NCBI GenBank assembly: GCA_963668645.2
Contig: CAXXWC010000003.1
Coordinates: 256,001-320,000 of the forward strand
DNA from: Desulfobacterales bacterium
GTDB lineage: Bacteria; Desulfobacterota; Desulfobacteria; Desulfobacterales; UBA2174
DNA length: 64,000 nt
Reading direction: 5' to 3'
The number at the start of each line of letters is the position of its first letter. Position 1 is the first letter of the stretch. Position numbers and translations under genes: made by a program. Shown here piece after piece: positions 55,804-64,000 of the stretch. The notes beneath the pieces were generated by a model that was not told the DNA's origin, searched no databases, and saw only the letters and a program-made list of their open reading frames with translations.

Positions 55804-57774
55804 ATGGCGGCCGATCCGATCTTCGAGCCCTTCCGCTGCGGCGCCCTGAACCTGGCCAACCGCCTGGTGGCCTTGCCGGTCTTTACCGGCTATGCCACGG
55901 CCGACGGCCGTGTCAGCCCCCTGCTCAAGAGCCATTACCGGCGCCTGGCGTCTTGCGGAGCCGGGCTGGTCATGGTGGCCAACGTGGCGGTGCGCGCCGA
56001 TGGGATCACCTCGCGCTGCAACCTGCGTCTGGATAACGATCGCTATATCGCCGGCCTGGCCGATCTGGCCCGCGTGATCCACAGCGGCGGAGCCCTTGCC
56101 GGGCTGCAGCTCAACCACGCCGGGCGCCTGGCCCTCACCGATCAGCCCCTGGCGCCGGCCCCTCTGGACGGGGCCAACCTGACTTTCAACATCGCGGCCC
56201 TGAAGCGCTTCATGGAGTTTTTTCCCTTGCCGGCGCGCTTCGCCCTTACCCGGCGCTTCTGGCGCCAGGCCGGGGCCTGGCGCAACGCCATGAGCATCGA
56301 AGCGCGCCAGGAGGTGATCGAAGCCTTCGCTCGGGCCGCGAACCGGGCTGCCACGGCCGGCTTCGACCTGGTGGAGATCCATGGCGCCAGCGGATATCTT
56401 CTTTGCCAGTTTCTTTCGGCCTTTACCAACCCGCCGGTAACCCCGGATGATCCGGATGACCTGGTCCGGCGCCTGGTATTTCCGCTGACCCTCTTCAAGC
56501 GGGTCCGCGACGCGCTGGAACCCGGGGTGCCTCTGGGATGGCGCCTGATGGTCAGCGAATTCGTCCCAAACGGGATCGACCTCGACCAGGCCAAGGCCCT
56601 CGGCCGGGAGCTGGCCCGGGCCGGGGCAGCCTATCTGTCGGTATCGGCGGGCACCTTCTATTCCCTGTTCGCCGATCAAGTGCGGCGCGTCACCCGCCGT
56701 CCCGGCTATCTGGGGTCCGCTTGCGCCGAACTGCGCCGCGAGCTGGCGATTCCGGTGGTGGCCGCCGGGCGCATCGTCACCCCGGCCGTGGCCCGGCGTA
56801 TCTTGGCTTCCGGCCAGGCCGACCTCATCGGTTTGGGCCGGCCGCTGCGGGCCGATGCCAGATGGCCGCAAAAGGCGCGCCAGGGGCGATCGGTGCGCGT
56901 CTGTCTCGACTGCAACTGGTGTTTGCGGCGGGTGGTCCTCGACCAGGGGCTGGGCTGCGTGCACTGGTCCCGGCCGCGCCTGGAACGCATCGAGATGACC
57001 CGACGCGCCATGGCCCGGCTCGGCTCCTGGCTCTGGATCGTCGCCACGCCGGACGACATGCGCCGTTACCGTGAACTGGCCTCCATTTTGGACCTCGGCA
57101 TGGCGGACGAGCCGGCCTCAGCCCCTGCCACTCTCCTGTTCCTGTATCCGGCCGTCGATGGGCAGGCGCGCAACGAATTTTGCCAATGGGTGTCGAATAA
57201 CTTCACCCCCGGCCCCCGGCAGGCCGCGTTTGCCCCGGCACCGGGCAGCCGCCCGGCCGACGCCTTGGTGGACCTGGTGCGACGCGAGGCTTTCGGCGGG
57301 GTGGTGTTTTGCAGGGATACGGCAGCCAACCAGGGCCGCCGGCTGCTCTACCGGCCCCGCGGCAAGGTGGTGACCCTGCTTGGCCGGGCTGCGGGCGACG
57401 GACCGGTTCTGGTGCCGTTGGATTTTTCCGATGCGAGTCTGTTGCAGCTTTTCCTGGTGCGGCGCATGCTGGCGCGAAAACCGGATCTGGAAATCGATCT
57501 GGTCCATGTCTGCCAGCAATCCGGACTCGACGTGCAGCGGCGCTGGACCGCGGTGCGCCGCCTCACCGGCTGGCCCCAAACCGTGTCCCTGAACATCGTA
57601 CCGGCCAGCGGCGGCATTGCCGCGACTCTGATCGCGCGGGCGCGCGACCGGAAAACCCGCACGCTGATCATGGGCAAGCGGGGGCTTTCAGGGGTCAAAA
57701 GGCTCCTGCTCGGGAGCGTTTCGGCTGCCGTAATGGCCGGGCTGCCTGACGCCACGGTGGTTCTGGTGGACTGA
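55804..57774 (+). CDS. NADH:flavin oxidoreductase (OYE/FadH-like TIM barrel plus Cys cluster) fused to a universal-stress-protein domain
   Basis: LANRLV, GLQLNHAGR, AGFDLVEIHGASGYLLCQFLS, GR..RAD, CLDCNWC-x11-C; C-terminal VLVPLDFSDAS...LIMGKRGLSGVKRLLLGSVS (USP). Confidence 0.82.
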   Translation: MAADPIFEPFRCGALNLANRLVALPVFTGYATADGRVSPLLKSHYRRLASCGAGLVMVANVAVRADGITSRCNLRLDNDRYIAGLADLARVIHSGGALAGLQLNHAGRLALTDQPLAPAPLDGANLTFNIAALKRFMEFFPLPARFALTRRFWRQAGAWRNAMSIEARQEVIEAFARAANRAATAGFDLVEIHGASGYLLCQFLSAFTNPPVTPDDPDDLVRRLVFPLTLFKRVRDALEPGVPLGWRLMVSEFVPNGIDLDQAKALGRELARAGAAYLSVSAGTFYSLFADQVRRVTRRPGYLGSACAELRRELAIPVVAAGRIVTPAVARRILASGQADLIGLGRPLRADARWPQKARQGRSVRVCLDCNWCLRRVVLDQGLGCVHWSRPRLERIEMTRRAMARLGSWLWIVATPDDMRRYRELASILDLGMADEPASAPATLLFLYPAVDGQARNEFCQWVSNNFTPGPRQAAFAPAPGSRPADALVDLVRREAFGGVVFCRDTAANQGRRLLYRPRGKVVTLLGRAAGDGPVLVPLDFSDASLLQLFLVRRMLARKPDLEIDLVHVCQQSGLDVQRRWTAVRRLTGWPQTVSLNIVPASGGIAATLIARARDRKTRTLIMGKRGLSGVKRLLLGSVSAAVMAGLPDATVVLVD

Positions 57775-57793
57775 TTCGAAAGGCGACGGGGAG

Positions 57794-58306
57794 TTGTCGA
57801 CGGACTACATTTATCGCATCCTCGAACTGCAAGCGGTGCTGGCCGGGGCCGATCTGGTAAGGGTCCGGTCGGTCGAAGGCGAAAAGTCCCTGGCCGAATT
57901 TCTCGAGGCCATGTTCGCCTACCGGCCGGGCCTGGTGCGCCTGCTCTATCGCCTGCGGGCCTTTTTGATGCCCCTGATCGGCGTGCGCCAGCTCCCTTTG
58001 CCGACCCTTGACGAGTGGCTGCCCCCGGACGTACCGATGCTGGCCTGCGGCAATATCTGGTTCTTTTCCGTTTCCCTGGCCGACCCGCAGCGCTACTGGA
58101 TCGGCTGCTGTCCCGACGAGCGCCATCTGACCGGCTACATGGGCGTGGTGGCCGAGCCCCTGGACCGGGGCCGGCAGCGCTTCCACCTGCTGACCATCGT
58201 GCACTACAAACACTGGACCGGGCGGCTCTACTTCCGGCTGATCACACCTTTCAACCGTTTTTTCATGCACCGGCTGGCCCGCGCAGGCCTGGCCGGGAGG
58301 TGCTGA
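57794..58306 (+). CDS. DUF2867-like hypothetical protein
   Basis: Intact 170-aa ORF after the OYE gene; D.HL, T.VHYKHWTGRLYF.LI.PF pattern resembles DUF2867. TTG start uncertain. Confidence 0.55.
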   Translation: MSTDYIYRILELQAVLAGADLVRVRSVEGEKSLAEFLEAMFAYRPGLVRLLYRLRAFLMPLIGVRQLPLPTLDEWLPPDVPMLACGNIWFFSVSLADPQRYWIGCCPDERHLTGYMGVVAEPLDRGRQRFHLLTIVHYKHWTGRLYFRLITPFNRFFMHRLARAGLAGRC

Positions 58307-58323
58307 GGGCCGGCAATCATTTC

Positions 58324-58360
58324 GCAAGGGGGCTACGGTGATACGCCGCAGCCCCCTTGC
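58324..58360. terminator. Hairpin between the convergent DUF2867-like gene and serC
   Basis: GCAAGGGGGCTACGGTG-ATA-CGCCGCAGCCCCCTTGC; no clear U-tract on either strand. Confidence 0.5.
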
Positions 58361-58414
58361 CTGCTCACGGTGCAAGGCCAGAGTTGAATGACGACTTTAG
58401 GCCAGGCGACTCGT

Positions 58415-59506
58415 TTACCCGTTGCGCTTTTCAAAATCCTTCATGAAATCCGCCAGCGCCTCGATGGCGTCCATTCCGGTGGCGTTGTAGATCGAAGCCC
58501 GGCAGCCCCCCACCGAACGGTGCCCCTTGAGCCCGCCCAGGCCATGGGCCAAGGCATCGGCCACAAATTTTTTCTCCAGCTCCTCGCTGGGCAGACGGAA
58601 GGTGACGTTCATCAGCGAACGGCTGTCCGCATCGGCCGTTGCGCGGTAAAAATCGCTCGAATCGATGGCCTGGTAGAGCAGTCCGGCCTTTCGGCGGTTG
58701 AGTTCGTCCATGCGTGCCAGCCCCCCAACGGTCTCTTCGAGCCACTTGAGCACCAGTTGGATGATGTAGACCGTGAAGCACGGCGGGGTGTTGTACATCG
58801 AATTTTTGTCCGCGTAGGTGTCGTAGCGCAGCATGGTGGGAAGGGTCTTGGGCGTGCGTGCCAGCAGGTCCTCGCGGATGATCACCAGGCAGACCCCGGC
58901 CGGACCGATGTTCTTCTGGGCCCCGGCGTAGATCAGCCCGAAGCGCTCCACCGGGATGGGCCGGCTAAGCATGTCCGAACTCATGTCCGCCACCAGGGGG
59001 ACGGCGCCAGTATCGGGAAACTCGGCCCACTGGGTCCCTTTGATGGTGTTGTTCGAGGTGATGTGGGCGTAGACCGCATCGGGGGTAAAGGCGATATCCT
59101 TGGGGATATAGCAGAAGTTGCGGTCATCGCTGGAGGCCGCCACCCGGATCGTCTTGCCCTGGATCTGGGCTTCCTTGATCGCCTTGGTCGACCAGGTGCC
59201 GGTGTTGACGTAGTCGGCCTTGTCCCCCCCCCCGGAAAGGAAATTCATCGGGATCATGGCGAACTGCATGCTGGCCCCGCCCTGAACGAAAAGGACGCGG
59301 TAGCGCTCGTCTAGTCCCAGCAGGCGCCGGGTACGCGCCACGGCGTCGTTGATCACATCATCGAACCACTTGGAACGGTGGCTGACTTCGCAGATGCTCA
59401 TGCCGCTGCCATGGTAGTCGAGAAGCTCGTCCTGGACCTTTTCCAGGACGGCCAGCGGCAAGGCGGCCGGTCCGGCGTTGAAGTTGTAAATGCGCTTTGA
59501 CGTCAT
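58415..59506 (-). CDS. serC: Phosphoserine aminotransferase
   Basis: YNFNAGPA, EVSHRS, QGGASMQF, DMSS, YAGAQKNIGPAG, YNTPP, GHRSVGG.RASIYNA; start ATG 59506 after GGAGGAG. Confidence 0.97.
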   Translation of the reverse strand: MTSKRIYNFNAGPAALPLAVLEKVQDELLDYHGSGMSICEVSHRSKWFDDVINDAVARTRRLLGLDERYRVLFVQGGASMQFAMIPMNFLSGGGDKADYVNTGTWSTKAIKEAQIQGKTIRVAASSDDRNFCYIPKDIAFTPDAVYAHITSNNTIKGTQWAEFPDTGAVPLVADMSSDMLSRPIPVERFGLIYAGAQKNIGPAGVCLVIIREDLLARTPKTLPTMLRYDTYADKNSMYNTPPCFTVYIIQLVLKWLEETVGGLARMDELNRRKAGLLYQAIDSSDFYRATADADSRSLMNVTFRLPSEELEKKFVADALAHGLGGLKGHRSVGGCRASIYNATGMDAIEALADFMKDFEKRNG

Positions 59507-59754
59507 GGTCTCCTCCATGGTCTGAAATTTGGCCGCCGGCCCTCAGCCGGCAACCGGCAACCGGGGATTGAAAGGTTGATTCTTTCGTTAAAAACCTGCA
59601 AAGGTTATTCAGAGCGATGTATGCCCGCTCAAACCGAAACAACCACTCAAGTATCTTCGTCTTTCAAGAATCCTTGGGGGCGCTCACCTCTGAAAGAAGG
59701 AGATGTGAAGCGACTTTTGACGATCGCATGAAAAAGTGATTAGTTTTGAGAAAA

Positions 59755-59786
59755 ATCCCACAACTTGTCAACGGGAATTGTGGGAT
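59755..59786. promoter_or_regulatory. Inverted repeat bracketing a -35 box in the serC/hisD divergent region
   Basis: ATCCCACAA-N14-TTGTGGGAT, with minus-strand TTGACA (59771-59766) inside the spacer. Confidence 0.45.
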
Positions 59787-59974
59787 CAAAGCGATGGACC
59801 GCCCATCCAACCCAAACCCGCCGTTGCCCGTTTTTTAGGCCTGATTAAACTCAAGAAATGGGCTGCGGTTATTGACAATCCATTGGATATTGAATAGTTA
59901 CAAAAATTTTAGGGCCGGCCGCGGCCGACTGAATCACAGCCTGCTTCGGCCCATTTTATCGAGGATTCAACGGC

Positions 59975-61300
59975 ATGAAAATATACACCTACCCTTCCCG
60001 CCAGGCCGCGACGCGCCTCAAGGCCATCGTCTCGCGGACCATCGAATTTCGCAAAAAGGATATTGAAACGGTGCGCCGCATCGTCGAAGACGTTCGACGC
60101 CATGGAGATGGGGCCCTGATCGGGTATGTAAACCGCTTCGATGCACCGCACCTGACCATTTCCGACCTGAAGGTTTCCCGCAAGCAAATGGCCGAGGCTG
60201 CAGGCCAGGTAGACGCGGATTTCCTGCAGGCCATGGAGCGGGCCTGCACCCAGATCGAAGCCTTCCACCGCCACCAGGCCCCGCGCAGTTGGGTCGATAC
60301 CCCCCGCCCGGGCACCTTTCTCGGGCAGCTTGTACATCCGGTGGATGCCGCCGGGGTTTACGTGCCCGGGGGCAAGGCCGGGGGGACACCTCTGGTCTCA
60401 TCGGTGCTCATGGGAGCCGTTCCGGCCAGTATCGCCGGCGTCCAGCGCATCGTGATGGCCACCCCCCCCATGGCCGACGGCCGCATCGATCCACACCTGC
60501 TGGCGGCCGCGGACCGGGTCGGGGTCAACGAGGTTTATCGCATCGGCAGCGCCTGGGCCATCGCAGCCCTGGCATACGGCACCGAAACCATCCAACCGGT
60601 CGATACCATCGTAGGTCCTGGAAATGTCTACGTGACGCTGGCCAAGAAGCTGGTCTCCGGCACGGTGGGGATCGATATGCTCGCCGGACCGAGTGAAATT
60701 TTGGTGATCGCCGACAGCTCCGCCGATCCCCGGGCCGCAGCCGCCGATCTGCTCAGCCAGGCGGAGCACGATCCGCTGGCATCAGCGGTGATGCTCACCG
60801 ACGATGCCTCGATGGCCCGGCAGGTCTGTGACGGCCTCTACCACCAGTTGGAGCGCTTGTCCCGGCGCGAGATCGCCGCCGCGTCCCTGAAACGCTTCGG
60901 CGCCATCATCGTCGTGCCGGATATGGACACGGCGTTGGATCTGGCCAACCGCATCGCGCCGGAACATCTCGAACTGCTGGTGGCCGAACCGTTTTCGTAC
61001 CTGGGCCGGATCCGCAACGCCGGGGCGGTGTTTCTCGGTCCCTACACCCCGGAACCGGTGGGCGACTACATCGCCGGGCCCAACCACGTGCTGCCCACCG
61101 CCGGTACGGCCCGCTTTTCCTCGGCCCTTTCGGTGGACCATTTTCTCAAGCGCACCAGCGTGCTCCACTATGATCGCAGCGCCTTTACCCGCGAGGCTGA
61201 AGACATTCTGCGTCTGGCCGGCATCGAAGGGCTCGACGCCCATGCCAATGCGGTGCGCCTGAGACTGAAGGAGATAAGGAAAACAGCAGGAGATCCATGA
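59975..61300 (+). CDS. hisD: Histidinol dehydrogenase
   Basis: GVYVPGG, GPGNVYV, GIDMLAGPSE, DLLSQAEHD, APEHLEL, GDYIAGPNHVLPT. Confidence 0.97.
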   Translation: MKIYTYPSRQAATRLKAIVSRTIEFRKKDIETVRRIVEDVRRHGDGALIGYVNRFDAPHLTISDLKVSRKQMAEAAGQVDADFLQAMERACTQIEAFHRHQAPRSWVDTPRPGTFLGQLVHPVDAAGVYVPGGKAGGTPLVSSVLMGAVPASIAGVQRIVMATPPMADGRIDPHLLAAADRVGVNEVYRIGSAWAIAALAYGTETIQPVDTIVGPGNVYVTLAKKLVSGTVGIDMLAGPSEILVIADSSADPRAAAADLLSQAEHDPLASAVMLTDDASMARQVCDGLYHQLERLSRREIAAASLKRFGAIIVVPDMDTALDLANRIAPEHLELLVAEPFSYLGRIRNAGAVFLGPYTPEPVGDYIAGPNHVLPTAGTARFSSALSVDHFLKRTSVLHYDRSAFTREAEDILRLAGIEGLDAHANAVRLRLKEIRKTAGDP

Positions 61301-62460
61301 ACCCTTCCGACTGGACCGTCCTAGTGGTCGATGACGAGCCCGATATCCGTGAGGTGCTGTCCCTCTCGCTGGAGGACGCCGGTTATCAGGTGGTGACGGC
61401 CGGCGACGGGTACCTGGGCCTGGAGATGTGCCGCCAGGCCCACCCTCAAATCGTGCTCACGGACGTGCGCATGCCGAACATGGACGGCATCGCGCTGCTC
61501 GAAGCGGTCAAGGCCTTTGATGCCACCATCGAAGTGATCGTGGTAACCGCCTACGGCGAAATGGATATGGCCATCGCCGCCCTGCGCCGGGATGCCTCGG
61601 ACTTCATTACCAAACCGGTCAACCACGAGGCCCTTCATCTCGCCCTGGGCCGGGCGGCCGACAGGTCGCTGGCGCGGCGCCGGCTGGCCGAGTACACCGC
61701 CTCCCTGGAACGCGACATCGTCGATCAGGCGCGCATCCTGCACCAGGACAAGATGATGTCCCTGGGCCGGCTGGCGGCCAGCGTGGTCCATGAAATCAAC
61801 AATCCCCTGGCCGGCGTTCTCAACTATGCGCGCCTGATGCTCAAAATCCTCGATCGGGGAGCGTTGACGGCCGAGGCCCAGCAGCGCTTCCGTGAATATC
61901 TGAACCTTGTGGCCCGCGAAACCGACCGCTGCAGCCGCATCGTATCCGGGCTGCTCGCCTTTTCGCGCAAAACAGCGCCCTGCTTCGAAGCCGTAGATCT
62001 GACGGATCTGGTCGAACGCTGCGTCAAACTGAGCCGGCACAAGCTCGAGCTTTCCAATATCCGCCTGGCGGTGAAAATCGAGAACCAGCTGCCGGTGGTG
62101 CATGGCGATTTCAACCAGCTCCAGCAGTGCCTGATCAACCTGATCTTCAACGCCATCGATGCCATGCCCCAAGGCGGTGATCTGTTTATTGGCGCGGCAC
62201 CCGGGCCGACGCCCGGGTGGGTGACCATCGCAGTGCACGACACGGGCTGCGGCATCGCGCAGGATGACCGCCCGCGGCTGTTTGAGCCGTTTTTCACTAC
62301 CAAGGAGGAGGGCTGCGGTACCGGACTCGGCCTGTCGACGGCCTACGGAATCTTGCAACGGCACGGCGGCCGCATCGAGGTGGACAGCAAGCCGGGCAAG
62401 GGCGCGACCTTCACGTTGGTGCTGCCGGAAAACGGAGGCAAGCCCGAAATGAACACGTAA
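61297..62460 (+). CDS. Cytoplasmic hybrid response regulator / histidine kinase (REC-HisKA-HATPase)
   Basis: VLVVDDE, TDVRMP.MDG, FITKP; HEINNPL, QCLINLIFNA, DTGCGI, FEPFFTTK, GTGLGL; ATGA overlap with the hisD stop. Confidence 0.93.
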   Translation: MNPSDWTVLVVDDEPDIREVLSLSLEDAGYQVVTAGDGYLGLEMCRQAHPQIVLTDVRMPNMDGIALLEAVKAFDATIEVIVVTAYGEMDMAIAALRRDASDFITKPVNHEALHLALGRAADRSLARRRLAEYTASLERDIVDQARILHQDKMMSLGRLAASVVHEINNPLAGVLNYARLMLKILDRGALTAEAQQRFREYLNLVARETDRCSRIVSGLLAFSRKTAPCFEAVDLTDLVERCVKLSRHKLELSNIRLAVKIENQLPVVHGDFNQLQQCLINLIFNAIDAMPQGGDLFIGAAPGPTPGWVTIAVHDTGCGIAQDDRPRLFEPFFTTKEEGCGTGLGLSTAYGILQRHGGRIEVDSKPGKGATFTLVLPENGGKPEMNT

Positions 62461-62684
62461 GCCCCAGGCCCAGGGCGTTGCCGAAAAGTATGTTGAAAAG
62501 ACGTCTGGCTCAATGCCAGGAAGCTTCGTGGGCTAACGGAGGCGTGGATTCGACAGATCGATGATACCATCGGGTATCTGCTCACCGGCATCCGGGGACA
62601 ATAGTCATCACCGGGACCAGCGACCGGTTGCGATGATTGGATGCTTGCCGGCTAGAACACATTTTTCATGACGACTCTGAGCAA

Positions 62685-64000
62685 ATGGTTTCCGAAACCG
62701 TTATCGGCATCGACGACAGCGTCGTCCTGAGCTGGCAGTGGCTCGACCTGCTCGACCGGCTCAACATCGGCGCCTTCACCGTGGACCTGCAGCGGCGCAT
62801 CACCGCCATCAACCTTTCGGCGCGCACCCTGATGGGCCTCGAAGGTATCGAGTTGATCGGCCGCGAATGCATCGAAGTGTTTATCGGCGTCCCCTGCCTG
62901 ATGCGCTGCCTGCCGCTGGACGAGGAATGTCCCGAGGTAGAAAACCTGCGTCTCGAGATTCCCGAAGACCGCCGCGAGTTCGTGATCCGTCTCTCCACAC
63001 CGATCTACGGGCTGGACCGGCGTATGGTCGGCTGCCTGACCCTGCTCCACGATCATTCACCGCTGGCGGATTTGATCAACCGCATCGATTACGAAGAACG
63101 CAGCCTCAAACTCATCCTCGAAAACCTCGACGTGGGGATTTTTACCGTCAACCGGGGGGGCCACATCACCTTTTTCAACAAAGCTGCCGAACAGCTCACC
63201 GGCTACGACCGGCGCGAGGTGCTTGGAAAATCGTCTTTCGCCATCTTCGGAGACGATACCCTCAGGGCACTGGACGAACTGCGTGGGTCTTTGGCCAGGG
63301 GGCACCAGCGAAGCTCGATCAAGGCGCACCTGACCGGGCGCGACGGGGAAAAGATACCGGTACGGGCCGACTACATCCCGCTGAAAAACGAACAGAACCG
63401 GGTCATCGGCGGCCTGGCCACCCTTCACGATCTGACCCTGGTGCAGCAACTCGACGCGGTGATCAGCGAACGCTACACATTTCGCAACATGATCGGCCGC
63501 GATCCTTCCATGCAGCGCATCTTCGAGATGGCCCGGGTCGTGGCCGAGTCGGATGTCACCGTGCTGATCGAAGGGGCCACCGGCACGGGTAAGGATCTTC
63601 TGGCCAAAGTGATCCACTCGTCGAGCCGCCGGGCCGAGAAACCCTTTGTCAAGGTCAACTGCGCTGCAGTGCCTGAAAATCTGCTCGAATCGGAATTTTT
63701 CGGTTATGTGAAGGGGGCCTTCACCGGTGCGGAGCGCAACAAGCCGGGGCGCTTCCAGCTGGCCGACGGCGGCACGATTTTTCTCGACGAAATCGGCGAT
63801 CTGCCCCTTGCGCTTCAAGCCAAGCTGCTGCGGGTAATCGAGGAGCGCGAATTTTATCCCCTGGGAAGCCGGCAGACCGTACGGGTGGATGTGCGCATCC
63901 TCTCGGCCACCAACCAGGGCCTGGAGCGGCTGGTGGCCGCCGGACGGTTCCGCGAAGACCTCTACTACCGGCTCAATGTCATGCGCATCGAGCTGCCCCG
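62685..64000 (+). CDS. Sigma54-dependent transcriptional activator with two PAS domains (3' truncated)
   Basis: Absent from the track (no stop in window). Manual translation: MVSETVIG...[15 protein letters not shown] (PAS), second [45 protein letters not shown]. Alternative TTG start at 62637. Confidence 0.92.
   Translation, partial: MVSETVIGIDDSVVLSWQWLDLLDRLNIGAFTVDLQRRITAINLSARTLMGLEGIELIGRECIEVFIGVPCLMRCLPLDEECPEVENLRLEIPEDRREFVIRLSTPIYGLDRRMVGCLTLLHDHSPLADLINRIDYEERSLKLILENLDVGIFTVNRGGHITFFNKAAEQLTGYDRREVLGKSSFAIFGDDTLRALDELRGSLARGHQRSSIKAHLTGRDGEKIPVRADYIPLKNEQNRVIGGLATLHDLTLVQQLDAVISERYTFRNMIGRDPSMQRIFEMARVVAESDVTVLIEGATGTGKDLLAKVIHSSSRRAEKPFVKVNCAAVPENLLESEFFGYVKGAFTGAERNKPGRFQLADGGTIFLDEIGDLPLALQAKLLRVIEEREFYPLGSRQTVRVDVRILSATNQGLERLVAAGRFREDLYYRLNVMRIELP

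Noticed and set aside
52789..56964. 580-aa and 723-aa minus-strand ORFs
   Set aside because: Antisense to plsB, the MurU-AmgK fusion, dapB and the OYE gene, which carry clear family motifs.

Overview
High-GC bacterial chromosomal window. Gene content (plant-type DapB, long-form PlsB, HesB-like selenoprotein, vor-type 2-oxoacid oxidoreductase, sigma54 PAS regulator) suggests an anaerobic Desulfobacterota/deltaproteobacterium (inference). Positions 1-25991 are one uninterrupted minus-strand ORF that the ORF track misses because it runs off the left edge. It encodes a giant (at least 8663 aa) LEPR-XLL surface/secreted protein with an internal RTX block and two distinct repeat families; the long plus-strand ORFs there are its antisense shadows. 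Next come a macro-domain gene and the most interesting locus: a UGA-recoded HesB/IscA-like selenoprotein with a SECIS-like hairpin and a Gly/Cys/Ser-rich tail, directly upstream of, and in frame with, a YcaO-TPR enzyme. The rest is mostly housekeeping: parA-like plus dynamin-like, yqgE, DUF2156, dnaE, guaB, yciO-like, sppA, rpsA, cmk, vor operon, namZ, plsB, dapB, serC, hisD and two signalling genes. Oddities there include an RNase HI homolog with its catalytic carboxylates substituted, a MurU-AmgK fusion and an OYE/Fe-S-USP fusion. No rRNA, tRNA, CRISPR or mobile element was recognised.
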